This document shows, piece after piece, positions 1 to 7,771 of a DNA stretch of 64,000 bases. Under the pieces are notes generated by a model. That model did not search any database. It saw only the letters and a program-made list of their open reading frames with translations, and was not told the origin of the DNA. The DNA comes from a virus: IMG/VR virus record IMGVR_UViG_3300012929_000001; one strand, written 5' to 3'. The translations under genes and the position numbers were made by a program. Every line of letters starts with the position of its first letter. Position 1 is the stretch's first letter.

Positions 1-1041
1 ATCGAAACTGCATCCTTAAATGGCGGGTACATTAAGCCTAACTGGAACCAGGTTCGCCAACAGTCTACCGACGGAGATTTTAGCGGCACCCGCACCGGAC
101 GCCCGTCGTGCGACGATCCGAACCTGTTTAACGTAAGCAAGAATTTCACGAACAACAAGAACGACGGATATTATCATCCTGCCCATCTCGCGGCATTGCC
201 CGAGCTACCCTTGATGCGCACTTACTTATTACCAGATAAAGACGGATTGTGGTTACATCGTGATTTCAATCAACAAGAGCTACGCATGTTGGCACACTTC
301 GAAGGTGGACCACTGTGCGAACGGTACAATTTAGAGCCGCGTTTCGACATTCACAGTACGATGGAAATTGGTATTGAGGAAATTACTACCATTGCGCTGG
401 GTCGCGATCGTACGAAGATCGTAGATTTTAGTTCTATCTACGGAAAAGGTGCGACGGGGCTATCCGTAGACTTGCATATTGATATGACAATGACAAAGTT
501 GATCCTAGCCGCAAAGGCAGCTTTAATGCCCGGCGTGGACCACCCTATTAACGGTCTCGCGGCCCGCGTAAAGGCTCGCGGCGCAGCGGGCGAAGCCATA
601 CGTACGTGGGGCGGACGCGAGTACTTTGCCGAAGAGCCGGGCTTCAACAAGAAATTCGGCTATGTGATGGACTACCTGTACAAGCTCCTAAACTATCTGG
701 TGCAGGGCTCTTCTGCCGACGTGACAAAAGAAGCGATGATCCGCTACGACGAGCACCCCCGGCGCGAAGGACGATTCTTAGTCGCTGTGTACGATGAGAT
801 TAACGTCTCCACGCCCTCTATGAAGGGTCTAACGGCGCGAGCGGTAAAGGACTTCGTTGCCCGAGAAATGGCCGTGCTTAGAGAGTGTATGGAGTCGGTC
901 GAAGTCGACGTACCCATGCTAACAGACGGGAAGTTGGGAAAGAATTGGGGTGCACTGGCGGCCTACGATAAGCCCGAAGAGCCCTTGGCACTGTGGACGG
1001 CGTGGAAGGCGCAACGCGATTTATTAACGGGGGCACCATGA
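1..1041 (+). CDS. Family A (Pol I-like) DNA polymerase, C-terminal polymerase domain; 5' end cut by the window edge
   Basis: Frame 1 is open from base 1. The translation contains TGRPSCDDPNLFNV (motif A-like), RDRTKIVDFSSIYGKG (motif B-like) and QGSSADV...LVAVYDEINV (motif C-like). Confidence 0.85.
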   Translation: METASLNGGYIKPNWNQVRQQSTDGDFSGTRTGRPSCDDPNLFNVSKNFTNNKNDGYYHPAHLAALPELPLMRTYLLPDKDGLWLHRDFNQQELRMLAHFEGGPLCERYNLEPRFDIHSTMEIGIEEITTIALGRDRTKIVDFSSIYGKGATGLSVDLHIDMTMTKLILAAKAALMPGVDHPINGLAARVKARGAAGEAIRTWGGREYFAEEPGFNKKFGYVMDYLYKLLNYLVQGSSADVTKEAMIRYDEHPRREGRFLVAVYDEINVSTPSMKGLTARAVKDFVAREMAVLRECMESVEVDVPMLTDGKLGKNWGALAAYDKPEEPLALWTAWKAQRDLLTGAP

Positions 1042-1325
1042 GTAATGTAGGCAGCAATGATGTACCGCTGTATATTCAACGCGGCTTTTATAAGCATGCG
1101 CCTCCGCCCAAATCGCGGATTACGCCCTTAGAATTGGCACAGCTGCTATCGGTAAAGTGCAACGGCGAACGTGTACTCGACGCTCATACTGCCTTTGATA
1201 CGGTCGCTGCCGCACTACCCAAGCTACAACTTATGGACGGAACGCCTGTAACCAGCTTATTCCAAGTGCAAACATTTTTCCGTAAGTTTTCTAAATTCAT
1301 AGATCCTAAGGAGAAGAATGCCTAG
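1038..1325 (+). CDS. Hypothetical protein
   Basis: ATG at 1038 overlaps the polymerase stop (ATGA coupling). The ORF lies in the same operon direction. No motif recognised. Confidence 0.45.
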   Translation: MSNVGSNDVPLYIQRGFYKHAPPPKSRITPLELAQLLSVKCNGERVLDAHTAFDTVAAALPKLQLMDGTPVTSLFQVQTFFRKFSKFIDPKEKNA

Positions 1326-2136
1326 ACCGAGGCTCGTTCAAATTTCTTCCTGGTCGTACAGCCGCTACCAGGATTACGAGAAGTGCCCCCAGCTGGCTAA
1401 ATTTAAGCACGTTGAGAAGCGCCGGGAGCCGGGCAGCGCCGCTTACGCTAAGGGTAACCGCGTGCACGCCCTAGCGCAAGTGTGGGTTACACGTGAAGTG
1501 CCTCCGCTGGACCGGGATAATAAAAATTACCATGCTGAACTGCTGGCCGTCAATAAGAAAGGCGCTCCCATACCCACCGAGCTCTCCACCTTCGAAGAGG
1601 AGTTCACAGAGTTACGGCTTACAAAAGGTAAGGGGGAACAGTCGTGGGGCTTTAAGTCTGACTGGTCGCTTACGCGCTGGGACGACTGGGCGGGCTGCTG
1701 GCTCCGCATCAAAACGGACTTTCACTATATCGTCGTCGAGAAGAAGGGTAAGCTGCGAAGCAGCGACGGCTTTATTATCGACTATAAGACCGGGCGTGAG
1801 TATTCGGAGCATGGCGAGCAGCGCTCGCTGTACGCGCTAGGTATGTTCTTGCTGTACCCCGACCTGCGCTCGGTAACAGCGGCACATTGGTATTTAGAAC
1901 CCGGCTTGGAGCGCCATGATACGTGGCAGGCGAAAGATTTCGAGAAGTTGCGTGAATATTGGGCCAAGCGGACCCGGGCCCTGCTCTCGGATACGACCTT
2001 TGCCCCGCGCCCGACGGCGGAGAACTGTCAGTGGTGCTTCTTCCGCCACACGCCCCACTGCACCGTATGCGGGCGGGGGAATTGCATCTGCCCGAGTGGA
2101 CCACAACTAGCCGAAGGACCGTGCGAACACGGATAG
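1318..2136 (+). CDS. PD-(D/E)XK nuclease, Cas4/RecB-like, with a Cys cluster
   Basis: AAGGAG RBS upstream. IIDYKTG...QRSLYAL matches the D-x-K and QxxxY motifs. One N-terminal Cys (EKCPQL) plus C-terminal CQWCFFRHTPHC resembles the Cas4 Fe-S cysteine pattern. Confidence 0.7.
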   Translation: MPRPRLVQISSWSYSRYQDYEKCPQLAKFKHVEKRREPGSAAYAKGNRVHALAQVWVTREVPPLDRDNKNYHAELLAVNKKGAPIPTELSTFEEEFTELRLTKGKGEQSWGFKSDWSLTRWDDWAGCWLRIKTDFHYIVVEKKGKLRSSDGFIIDYKTGREYSEHGEQRSLYALGMFLLYPDLRSVTAAHWYLEPGLERHDTWQAKDFEKLREYWAKRTRALLSDTTFAPRPTAENCQWCFFRHTPHCTVCGRGNCICPSGPQLAEGPCEHG

Positions 2137-2150
2137 AAAGGAGAAATATT

Positions 2151-2405
2151 GTGGTAGACTGGTATGTAAAAGGGAATACGATCTACGAAGGTCAACGTAT
2201 CGTAGCCATTGCTATCGGTGAAGGCCGAGAAGCTGCCGCCGAGCAGGCGGAAGCGATCGCTATGTTGCACAACAATGCAGAGAGCCTCACAGCGCTTGTC
2301 TGCCCGAACGGTTGCGTCGATCCGGGAAGTCACTATTGTAGGCACTGTGGAAGTGCGTTAACTGCAAAAACAGTTACCGTCGAAAGGCGAAGGATAGAAA
2401 AATGA
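2151..2405 (+). CDS. Small zinc-ribbon-like protein
   Basis: GTG start preceded by GAAAGGAG. The C-terminal CPNGC...CRHCG cysteine pairs suggest a zinc ribbon. The longer 1959 start lies inside the upstream gene. Confidence 0.45.
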   Translation: MVDWYVKGNTIYEGQRIVAIAIGEGREAAAEQAEAIAMLHNNAESLTALVCPNGCVDPGSHYCRHCGSALTAKTVTVERRRIEK

Positions 2406-2974
2406 GTAAGCGATTCTGCACTTTATGTGGCTATGCACTGTGTGGAGAGTTTGGAACTATGCATGAACTCTCAGGGCTGCTATCCTGTCCTCTGCCCGAA
2501 CAGCGCCCACCCGTTGAGCCCACATCTACGTTGACACGTTATGTCGCAGGGTTTATGATGACCCACGATGGGCTGGTCGCACTAGTGCACAAAAATAAGC
2601 CTCCCGCTTTAGCGGGAAGGCTGAACGGTATTGGTGGTAAGATCGAAGCCGACGAGTCGCCCCGACAGGCGATAGTCCGTGAGTTTTATGAAGAAACTAG
2701 TCTGCACATAGATTCGTGGGAATACTTTTGTCTGTTGCATTGTTCGCCTCCGGGTATGGGCGCGTCGGCAGTCTACTTTTTCTATACCTGGCAAACAGCG
2801 CAACTGTTGGCACAACTACAGACGATGGAAACGGAAGAAATCAAGATTGTTCCGGATCGACAGATTAATACCACGACGGCACTTCCCAATGTGCCATGGC
2901 TTTTACGGATGGCTGCTTCGATGCAGGAAGGCGAGCGGGCCGCGTGGTTTGAGGTAACGGAGCATTACGAGTGA
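2402..2974 (+). CDS. Nudix (MutT-like) hydrolase with a Cys-rich N-terminal extension
   Basis: Nudix box GGKIEADESPRQAIVREFYEETSL. ATGA coupling to the upstream ORF. N-terminal CTLCGYALCG. Confidence 0.8.
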   Translation: MSKRFCTLCGYALCGEFGTMHELSGLLSCPLPEQRPPVEPTSTLTRYVAGFMMTHDGLVALVHKNKPPALAGRLNGIGGKIEADESPRQAIVREFYEETSLHIDSWEYFCLLHCSPPGMGASAVYFFYTWQTAQLLAQLQTMETEEIKIVPDRQINTTTALPNVPWLLRMAASMQEGERAAWFEVTEHYE

Positions 2975-3132
2975 GCGATACTATCCACAACGACGCGGAA
3001 GGCTGGTGGTTTTGGGATGAAACCTGGGCGGATCGGCAAGGTCCCTATCCCACGGAGGGGCGGGCGCGGAAGCGGTTAAAAGATTACGCCGAATATCTGA
3101 ATACTGGCATCGACCCGGAAAAAGAAAAATGA
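2971..3132 (+). CDS. Small hypothetical protein (53 aa, below the ORF-track cutoff)
   Basis: GTGA overlap with the Nudix stop and ATGA overlap with the next start, so it fills the gap exactly. Trp-rich peptide VSDTIHNDAEGWWFWDETW... Confidence 0.3.
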   Translation: MSDTIHNDAEGWWFWDETWADRQGPYPTEGRARKRLKDYAEYLNTGIDPEKEK

Positions 3133-3383
3133 GCGTGTACGTGGACGATATGCGTGCGATTTACGGAAGAATGTTCATGTGCCACATGATCGCCGATTCG
3201 CACGAGGAACTGGTAACGATGGCCCGGTCGATCGGCGTCGCGGAGAAGTGGCTACAATGGCGGGGAACGCACCGGGAGCACTTCGACGTCTGTCTTAGTA
3301 AGCGCGTGCTGGCGGTACGGGCGGGAGCCGTAGAGCTGACACAACGGGAATTGGTAAGGAAAATTGTGGAGCGAAAGAAGTGA
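3129..3383 (+). CDS. DUF4031-like protein
   Basis: MSVYVDDMRAIYGRMFMCHMIADSHEEL...HFDVCLSKRVLAVRAGAV matches my recollection of the DUF4031 signature (VYVDD...M.HM.AD...HyD...r..A...GA). Confidence 0.6.
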   Translation: MSVYVDDMRAIYGRMFMCHMIADSHEELVTMARSIGVAEKWLQWRGTHREHFDVCLSKRVLAVRAGAVELTQRELVRKIVERKK

Positions 3384-3562
3384 AAATCTACAGACAGCAT
3401 TGGTTCTGCAAGAATTGTGAAATACAGGTAGAAACGAGAATTGAAACAGGCTTCGAAAAGGCTTTCCGCTGCGCGGAATGTGCCTCGCTAATGCAAGAAA
3501 TATTTTCGCAGTCTGGGGTTCTCTACCGCAAATTGATTATGGACTTCACGAGGGTACGATGA
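3380..3562 (+). CDS. Small zinc-ribbon protein
   Basis: GTGA coupling. CKNC...CAEC cysteine pairs. Confidence 0.4.
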   Translation: MKIYRQHWFCKNCEIQVETRIETGFEKAFRCAECASLMQEIFSQSGVLYRKLIMDFTRVR

Positions 3563-3768
3563 AAAGAAGAATAAAATACAAATTTATGCGCGTATTGGTT
3601 TACTTGCTAATGAAAACTTCAAAAGGCAAACAAATAACGATCGCGTATAGTTGCGATAAGTTCCACACCTTTAATCTAGTCGATGAGAACACGCCGCATT
3701 GGCTGGCCCGTAAAAATAAAGTGTTGCTGACGGCGCATAACTCTATGGATTTGGTACGCTTGAAGTGA
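3559..3768 (+). CDS. Hypothetical protein in an AT-rich islet
   Basis: ATGA coupling at 3559 and GTGA coupling at its 3' end. Its composition is clearly more AT-rich than its neighbours. Confidence 0.35.
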   Translation: MKRRIKYKFMRVLVYLLMKTSKGKQITIAYSCDKFHTFNLVDENTPHWLARKNKVLLTAHNSMDLVRLK

Positions 3769-4130
3769 AAAAGTTGGAACGTGATGTGCAGAAATCGGTG
3801 ACCACGTGGGCGCGGGAGCGCGGGGTGGAGTGTTCCAAGTTGAACACCGACAACGGCTACCCCGACTACATCTTCTGGCTTCCGCTACGCCCGGCGCTAA
3901 TCGAGTTTAAGCGCTCGGGCGCGGAGCCCTCCCCTTTGCAATTACACCGAATCGGAATCTTATTGGAGCTAGGATATGACGTTACCGTCGCAGACACAAA
4001 AGAAAAAGCCGTTGCGTTTATCGAAGAATGTATCCGCGAGCGCTACGAGAACTCGCAAATCCGCCGTCTTAAAAACGGCTCCGCAGTCCTCACCGCGAAA
4101 ACCACACAAGTACCAAAAGCGCGGCGTTGA
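3765..4130 (+). CDS. VRR-NUC domain nuclease
   Basis: GYPDYIFWLP...ALIEFKRSG...LQ fits the PD-(D/E)XK VRR-NUC pattern (D...E-x-K). Confidence 0.7.
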   Translation: MKKLERDVQKSVTTWARERGVECSKLNTDNGYPDYIFWLPLRPALIEFKRSGAEPSPLQLHRIGILLELGYDVTVADTKEKAVAFIEECIRERYENSQIRRLKNGSAVLTAKTTQVPKARR

Positions 4131-5565
4131 GTGGCTAGTGGGCCACGGCGGCGCGGGCATCTTTGCCGCCATCGGCAGCGGGAAGACGGCGGTCGTGCTG
4201 CGGGCGCTGCTGGCGCTGAAGGACGCCGGGCTCTTCCGCCGCGCCCTGGTCGTCGCCCCGCCGCGCGTGATGCGGCAGGTGTGGCCGCGCGAGGCCGCGG
4301 AGTGGGCGGGAACGGAGTGGGAGCGCGTTAAAGAGCTTCGCGTGGTGATGCTGCACGGCGAAGACAAGGACGCGCTGGCTATGCAGGACGCGGATATCTA
4401 CGTCATTAACGCGGAAGGTCTAAAGTGGCTTTTTGAAGATGGTAAATTCAAGCGCTTTAGATGCATGGTAATCGACACGTTCATCGTGGACGAAAGCACC
4501 CTGTTCAAAAACAGGAACACGAAGCGCTTCAAGATGGTGTCCAAGGTCCTGCCCTCCTTCCAGCGCCGCTGGATCATGACGGGGACGCCCAACCCGAACG
4601 GCTACATGAACCTCTTCCCGCAGATTTACCTGATCGACCTGGGGCTGGCGCTCGGGAAGTACGTCACCCGCTTCCGGCAGGAGTACTTCGTGCCCATCAA
4701 CGACTGGGAGTGGCGCTTGCAGGCCGGAGCGGATAAGCGGATTCAAGAGAAAATTGCACCTTACATTTTTCAACTCGATGCCGGCGACTACCGGGAAATC
4801 CCCGTAGAGCCCAACGTCGTGCGCGTGGACCTGCCCCCGGCGGCACGGAAGTTGTACAATAAGATGGAAGAAGAAATGTTGGTTGAGTTGAATAATCAAC
4901 GCTTCGTCGTGGCCGCGAACTCGGGCGCGGCCCATATGAAGTGTGCACAAATTGCCAACGGCGGATTGTATCACATGGTAGGTCCTGGCGGAATTGATTT
5001 TACCAATCTTAGCTTGGGGCAATCCTCTGCGAATACATTCAAAACTTTAAAGCGTACGTGGGAAAACTTGCACGAAGCGAAGACCGACGCCGTCGAGGAG
5101 CTCGTCGAGGAGCTAAACGGCTCGCCCGCGCTCGTCGTCTACGACTTCCTACACGACTTGGACCGCCTACGTAAGCGCTTCCCGCGAGCGCCCTTTATCG
5201 GCGGCGGAGTTTCGCTTAAGGAAAGTGAGCGGCTTTGCGACGCGTGGAACCGGGACGAGTTCCCGGTAATGCTGGTGCAGGCTACCAGCGTAAGCCGGGG
5301 GTTGAACCTGCAACGCGGATCGGCGCAGGACGTAATTTGGCACTCGCTCACCTTCGACCTGGAAGTTTTCCAGCAGCTGAACGGGCGGCTGGCGCGACAG
5401 GGCTCGAAGCATGACCGTATATTCTCACATCTTATTGTAGTCAACGGCACTACCGACGAAGCCCGTTTACGGGCGCTCCGTAGCAAGGACAAAACCCAGC
5501 AGGCATTTTTAGCGGCGCTGCGTGAATACGCGAAAAACCGACAAAAAGGCCGCAAAACCGCATAA
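3976..5565 (+). CDS. SNF2/SWI2-family DEAD-like helicase
   Basis: Q-motif-like HKYQKRGVEWL, motif I AAIGSGKTAV, motif II VDESTLFKN, motif III MTGTPNPNG, motif V ATSVSRGLNLQ, motif VI QLNGRLARQG. The start is uncertain: ATG 3976 or TTG 4012. Confidence 0.85.
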   Translation: MTLPSQTQKKKPLRLSKNVSASATRTRKSAVLKTAPQSSPRKPHKYQKRGVEWLVGHGGAGIFAAIGSGKTAVVLRALLALKDAGLFRRALVVAPPRVMRQVWPREAAEWAGTEWERVKELRVVMLHGEDKDALAMQDADIYVINAEGLKWLFEDGKFKRFRCMVIDTFIVDESTLFKNRNTKRFKMVSKVLPSFQRRWIMTGTPNPNGYMNLFPQIYLIDLGLALGKYVTRFRQEYFVPINDWEWRLQAGADKRIQEKIAPYIFQLDAGDYREIPVEPNVVRVDLPPAARKLYNKMEEEMLVELNNQRFVVAANSGAAHMKCAQIANGGLYHMVGPGGIDFTNLSLGQSSANTFKTLKRTWENLHEAKTDAVEELVEELNGSPALVVYDFLHDLDRLRKRFPRAPFIGGGVSLKESERLCDAWNRDEFPVMLVQATSVSRGLNLQRGSAQDVIWHSLTFDLEVFQQLNGRLARQGSKHDRIFSHLIVVNGTTDEARLRALRSKDKTQQAFLAALREYAKNRQKGRKTA

Positions 5566-5656
5566 AAATAAATGCTTTACAAACCGTAACGGATCGGTTA
5601 TACTGATGTTGTTATGGCGGTCCTTAAAGACGTCCGCTAACGAGGAGCAAGGAAAA

Positions 5657-6010
5657 ATGGCAAAAACACAAGTAGCGACCATCTGGCAAAGCGACCGTAT
5701 CGTGCGCGAGGTCCGTCCGGCGGACGGCAAGAAATTTTCCCTCCGAGAATTGCAGGATGCGGTCGGCGGTACCATTGAGCACGTTCCGCACACCCGCCCG
5801 TTTGCGTACTGCAACGAGGAGGGCCGCTTAATCGGGCTTCCCGTGAACGCGCTCGCCTCCCTCGAATTCCAGCAGATTCTCGTCGGCGACGTGATCCAGG
5901 TGCATACTGAAGTTAAACAAGAAAAACTCAATCCCAATTTGCACAACGAAATACGCCAAATCGGTAAACTCGTTGTGCAGCGTATGAAAGATAGGGTGAC
6001 CCGTGGATAA
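5657..6010 (+). CDS. DUF3846-like protein
   Basis: ATG preceded by GGAGCAAGGAAAA. LRELQDAVGGTIEHV...YCNEEGRLIGLPVN resembles the DUF3846 pattern as I recall it. Confidence 0.5.
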   Translation: MAKTQVATIWQSDRIVREVRPADGKKFSLRELQDAVGGTIEHVPHTRPFAYCNEEGRLIGLPVNALASLEFQQILVGDVIQVHTEVKQEKLNPNLHNEIRQIGKLVVQRMKDRVTRG

Positions 6011-6593
6011 CCAACAGTACCAGGGCAACCTCATCGACAGCCTCACCGCCACGGTCGCCCGCATGGTGCCGAAAAATAGCGGCGCGATTACCGCATATCA
6101 GCTAGGTGTGGTAAACGGCAACCTTTTCACTGATCCGGTAGCGGCCTTGACGTATATCCTCGCCGGAAACGCCTATGTTACGCTACGCAGCCGAGCAACC
6201 GGGACGCGCTATACCTACCGCGTCGCGCTGGCCAAGAAGACAGCGGAGCAGGCGGGGTTGTGGGCCGACGAACGAACAGACCTGCGGCGCTACTTTGTTT
6301 CGCTGCTGACCGGGCCAGAGAACATGGACGACTACTCCTATATCGGACTAGTGGAACAAGCGGGTACAAACCGCCCGACGTTCCGGCTGACGAAGAAGTC
6401 CAAGATGACCCGCGACTCAGCTCCAGTTAAGGCTGTTTCTTGGGCGGTGGAGAAGTTGGCGCTCGGCGTCCTACCAGACTCGCTGGAGGTCTGGCACGAA
6501 GGGCGTTGCGGACGCTGCGGCAGGCCCTTAACCGTACCGGAGTCCATCGCCGCCGGAATCGGTCCAGAGTGTGCTAGTAGGATGGGCCTATGA
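6003..6593 (+). CDS. Protein with a C-terminal DUF6011-like Cys motif
   Basis: C-terminal GRCGRCGRPLTVPESIAAGIGPEC matches the CxxCgRxLtdpeSi..GiGPxC motif I associate with DUF6011. Confidence 0.5.
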   Translation: MDNQQYQGNLIDSLTATVARMVPKNSGAITAYQLGVVNGNLFTDPVAALTYILAGNAYVTLRSRATGTRYTYRVALAKKTAEQAGLWADERTDLRRYFVSLLTGPENMDDYSYIGLVEQAGTNRPTFRLTKKSKMTRDSAPVKAVSWAVEKLALGVLPDSLEVWHEGRCGRCGRPLTVPESIAAGIGPECASRMGL

Positions 6594-6802
6594 CGATCCA
6601 CTGGGATTCCTCCGTGGAAGTCAAGGACGCGGCGGTGGAGCGGCGGGAGTGGCGGTACGACACCATCCTACTGGAACGTTCGCGGCTGAGGCGGCGGCTC
6701 GACTGGCTCCTGGGGGCAACCATCATCATTGCGATGGCGGCAATGGGATGGACGGCGCTTTACCTGGCGGTAACGGCGATCAAGGCGGCGCGGGTGCTGT
6801 AA
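6590..6802 (+). CDS. Small single-pass membrane protein
   Basis: ATGA coupling to the upstream ORF. Hydrophobic helix LLGATIIIAMAAMGWTALYLAV. The competing frame here is Gly/Ala low-complexity. Confidence 0.45.
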   Translation: MTIHWDSSVEVKDAAVERREWRYDTILLERSRLRRRLDWLLGATIIIAMAAMGWTALYLAVTAIKAARVL

Positions 6803-6831
6803 AAACTAGACTTACAATAAAGGAGCTCGAC

Positions 6832-7698
6832 ATGGCAGGAATTAAGTTGAAGAAGCGGAAAGTGAAAGTCCCCAGCGCCCGGGCTGGACGCGTCCTCGCT
6901 GGGCTTGTCCGTGGCAATAAACCCAACGCCGTCGTAAGCGGCCCTCCCCCGCTCGACGAGCAGAAAGCCGCCGCCGCGCCCGTCTGTCCCTGCGGTAAGC
7001 CGGGCTATAAGATACAGGGTATCGACGGTGACTTCTGTAGCGAGGCGTGCTACGAGGAGCACCGCCGCCCTAAGGCTCCGCTGGGCTCCGTAGGGCCAAT
7101 TAATGCCCTAAAGCCCGGGCAGCGGTTCCGCTGCGATATGCCAAAGATGGGCAATGATGGAGGTCACAGTCTTGCGGGTTATCTGGTCTATTGCACAGCA
7201 GGTGGGGCGCTAGTCGAGCTTGACAGTCCGCCCAGCCGCCGTCAGTTTAAGGACGCTCGCAGTGGGGCTGCCGTAGACTTTACTGCCGCTCGCCGGACGC
7301 GCGTAAACTGGTCTTTGCTGACGGAAGTCACTGTTTTGGAAGGAACAAAAGATTTCTCTTTACAATCTGCGAATGATGGAGTACAAAGGTCACGTAGTAC
7401 AAATCTAAACAGCAGGACACCCGAGGAGGGTATCGATATGGCAACCAAGAAAAAGGCAGCAAAGAAGACGAAAGCGAACGGAGAAGCCAAAGGTAAGCGC
7501 GGACGCGCCGGGCAGTTCGGTCCCGAAATGAAGATCAAAGTTCTCGCCGACAAGAACCCCAAGCGCGAAGGGAGCGCCGCCAGTGAGCGTTTCGAGCTCT
7601 ACGGCAAGAACAAGACGGTGGAGTCTTTCCTGGCAGCCGGGGGCAGCAGCCGCGACCTGGCTTACGACGTTACGCACGGTCACGTCGAAGTCAAGTAA
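6832..7698 (+). CDS. Hypothetical protein with a Cys motif and a Lys-rich internal segment
   Basis: AAAGGAG RBS before ATG 6832. CPCG...CSEAC motif. An in-frame internal GGAGG+ATG sits at 7438 (MATKKKAAKK...). The gene is followed by a terminator hairpin. Confidence 0.5.
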   Translation: MAGIKLKKRKVKVPSARAGRVLAGLVRGNKPNAVVSGPPPLDEQKAAAAPVCPCGKPGYKIQGIDGDFCSEACYEEHRRPKAPLGSVGPINALKPGQRFRCDMPKMGNDGGHSLAGYLVYCTAGGALVELDSPPSRRQFKDARSGAAVDFTAARRTRVNWSLLTEVTVLEGTKDFSLQSANDGVQRSRSTNLNSRTPEEGIDMATKKKAAKKTKANGEAKGKRGRAGQFGPEMKIKVLADKNPKREGSAASERFELYGKNKTVESFLAAGGSSRDLAYDVTHGHVEVK

Positions 7699-7726
7699 GC
7701 AGGTCCTCCCGGTAAAAAGCTGTAGG

Positions 7727-7756
7727 CCCTCCGGTCTTACGACCGGAGGGATTTTA
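7727..7756 (+). terminator. Rho-independent terminator candidate
   Basis: 10-bp perfect stem CCCTCCGGTC/GACCGGAGGG with loop TTAC, followed by ATTTTA, 29 nt after the stop at 7698. Confidence 0.55.
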
Positions 7757-7771
7757 ACACTGGAGACGTTT

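Noticed and set aside
4420-5022. 200-aa minus-strand ORF
   Set aside because: It is antisense to the SNF2 helicase, which carries motifs I-VI in the plus frame.
6571-6831. N-terminal 87 codons of the 375-aa ORF 6571-7698
   Set aside because: This part is Gly/Ala/His low-complexity and overlaps a better small membrane-protein ORF (6590-6802). A good RBS and ATG at 6832 give the more plausible start.
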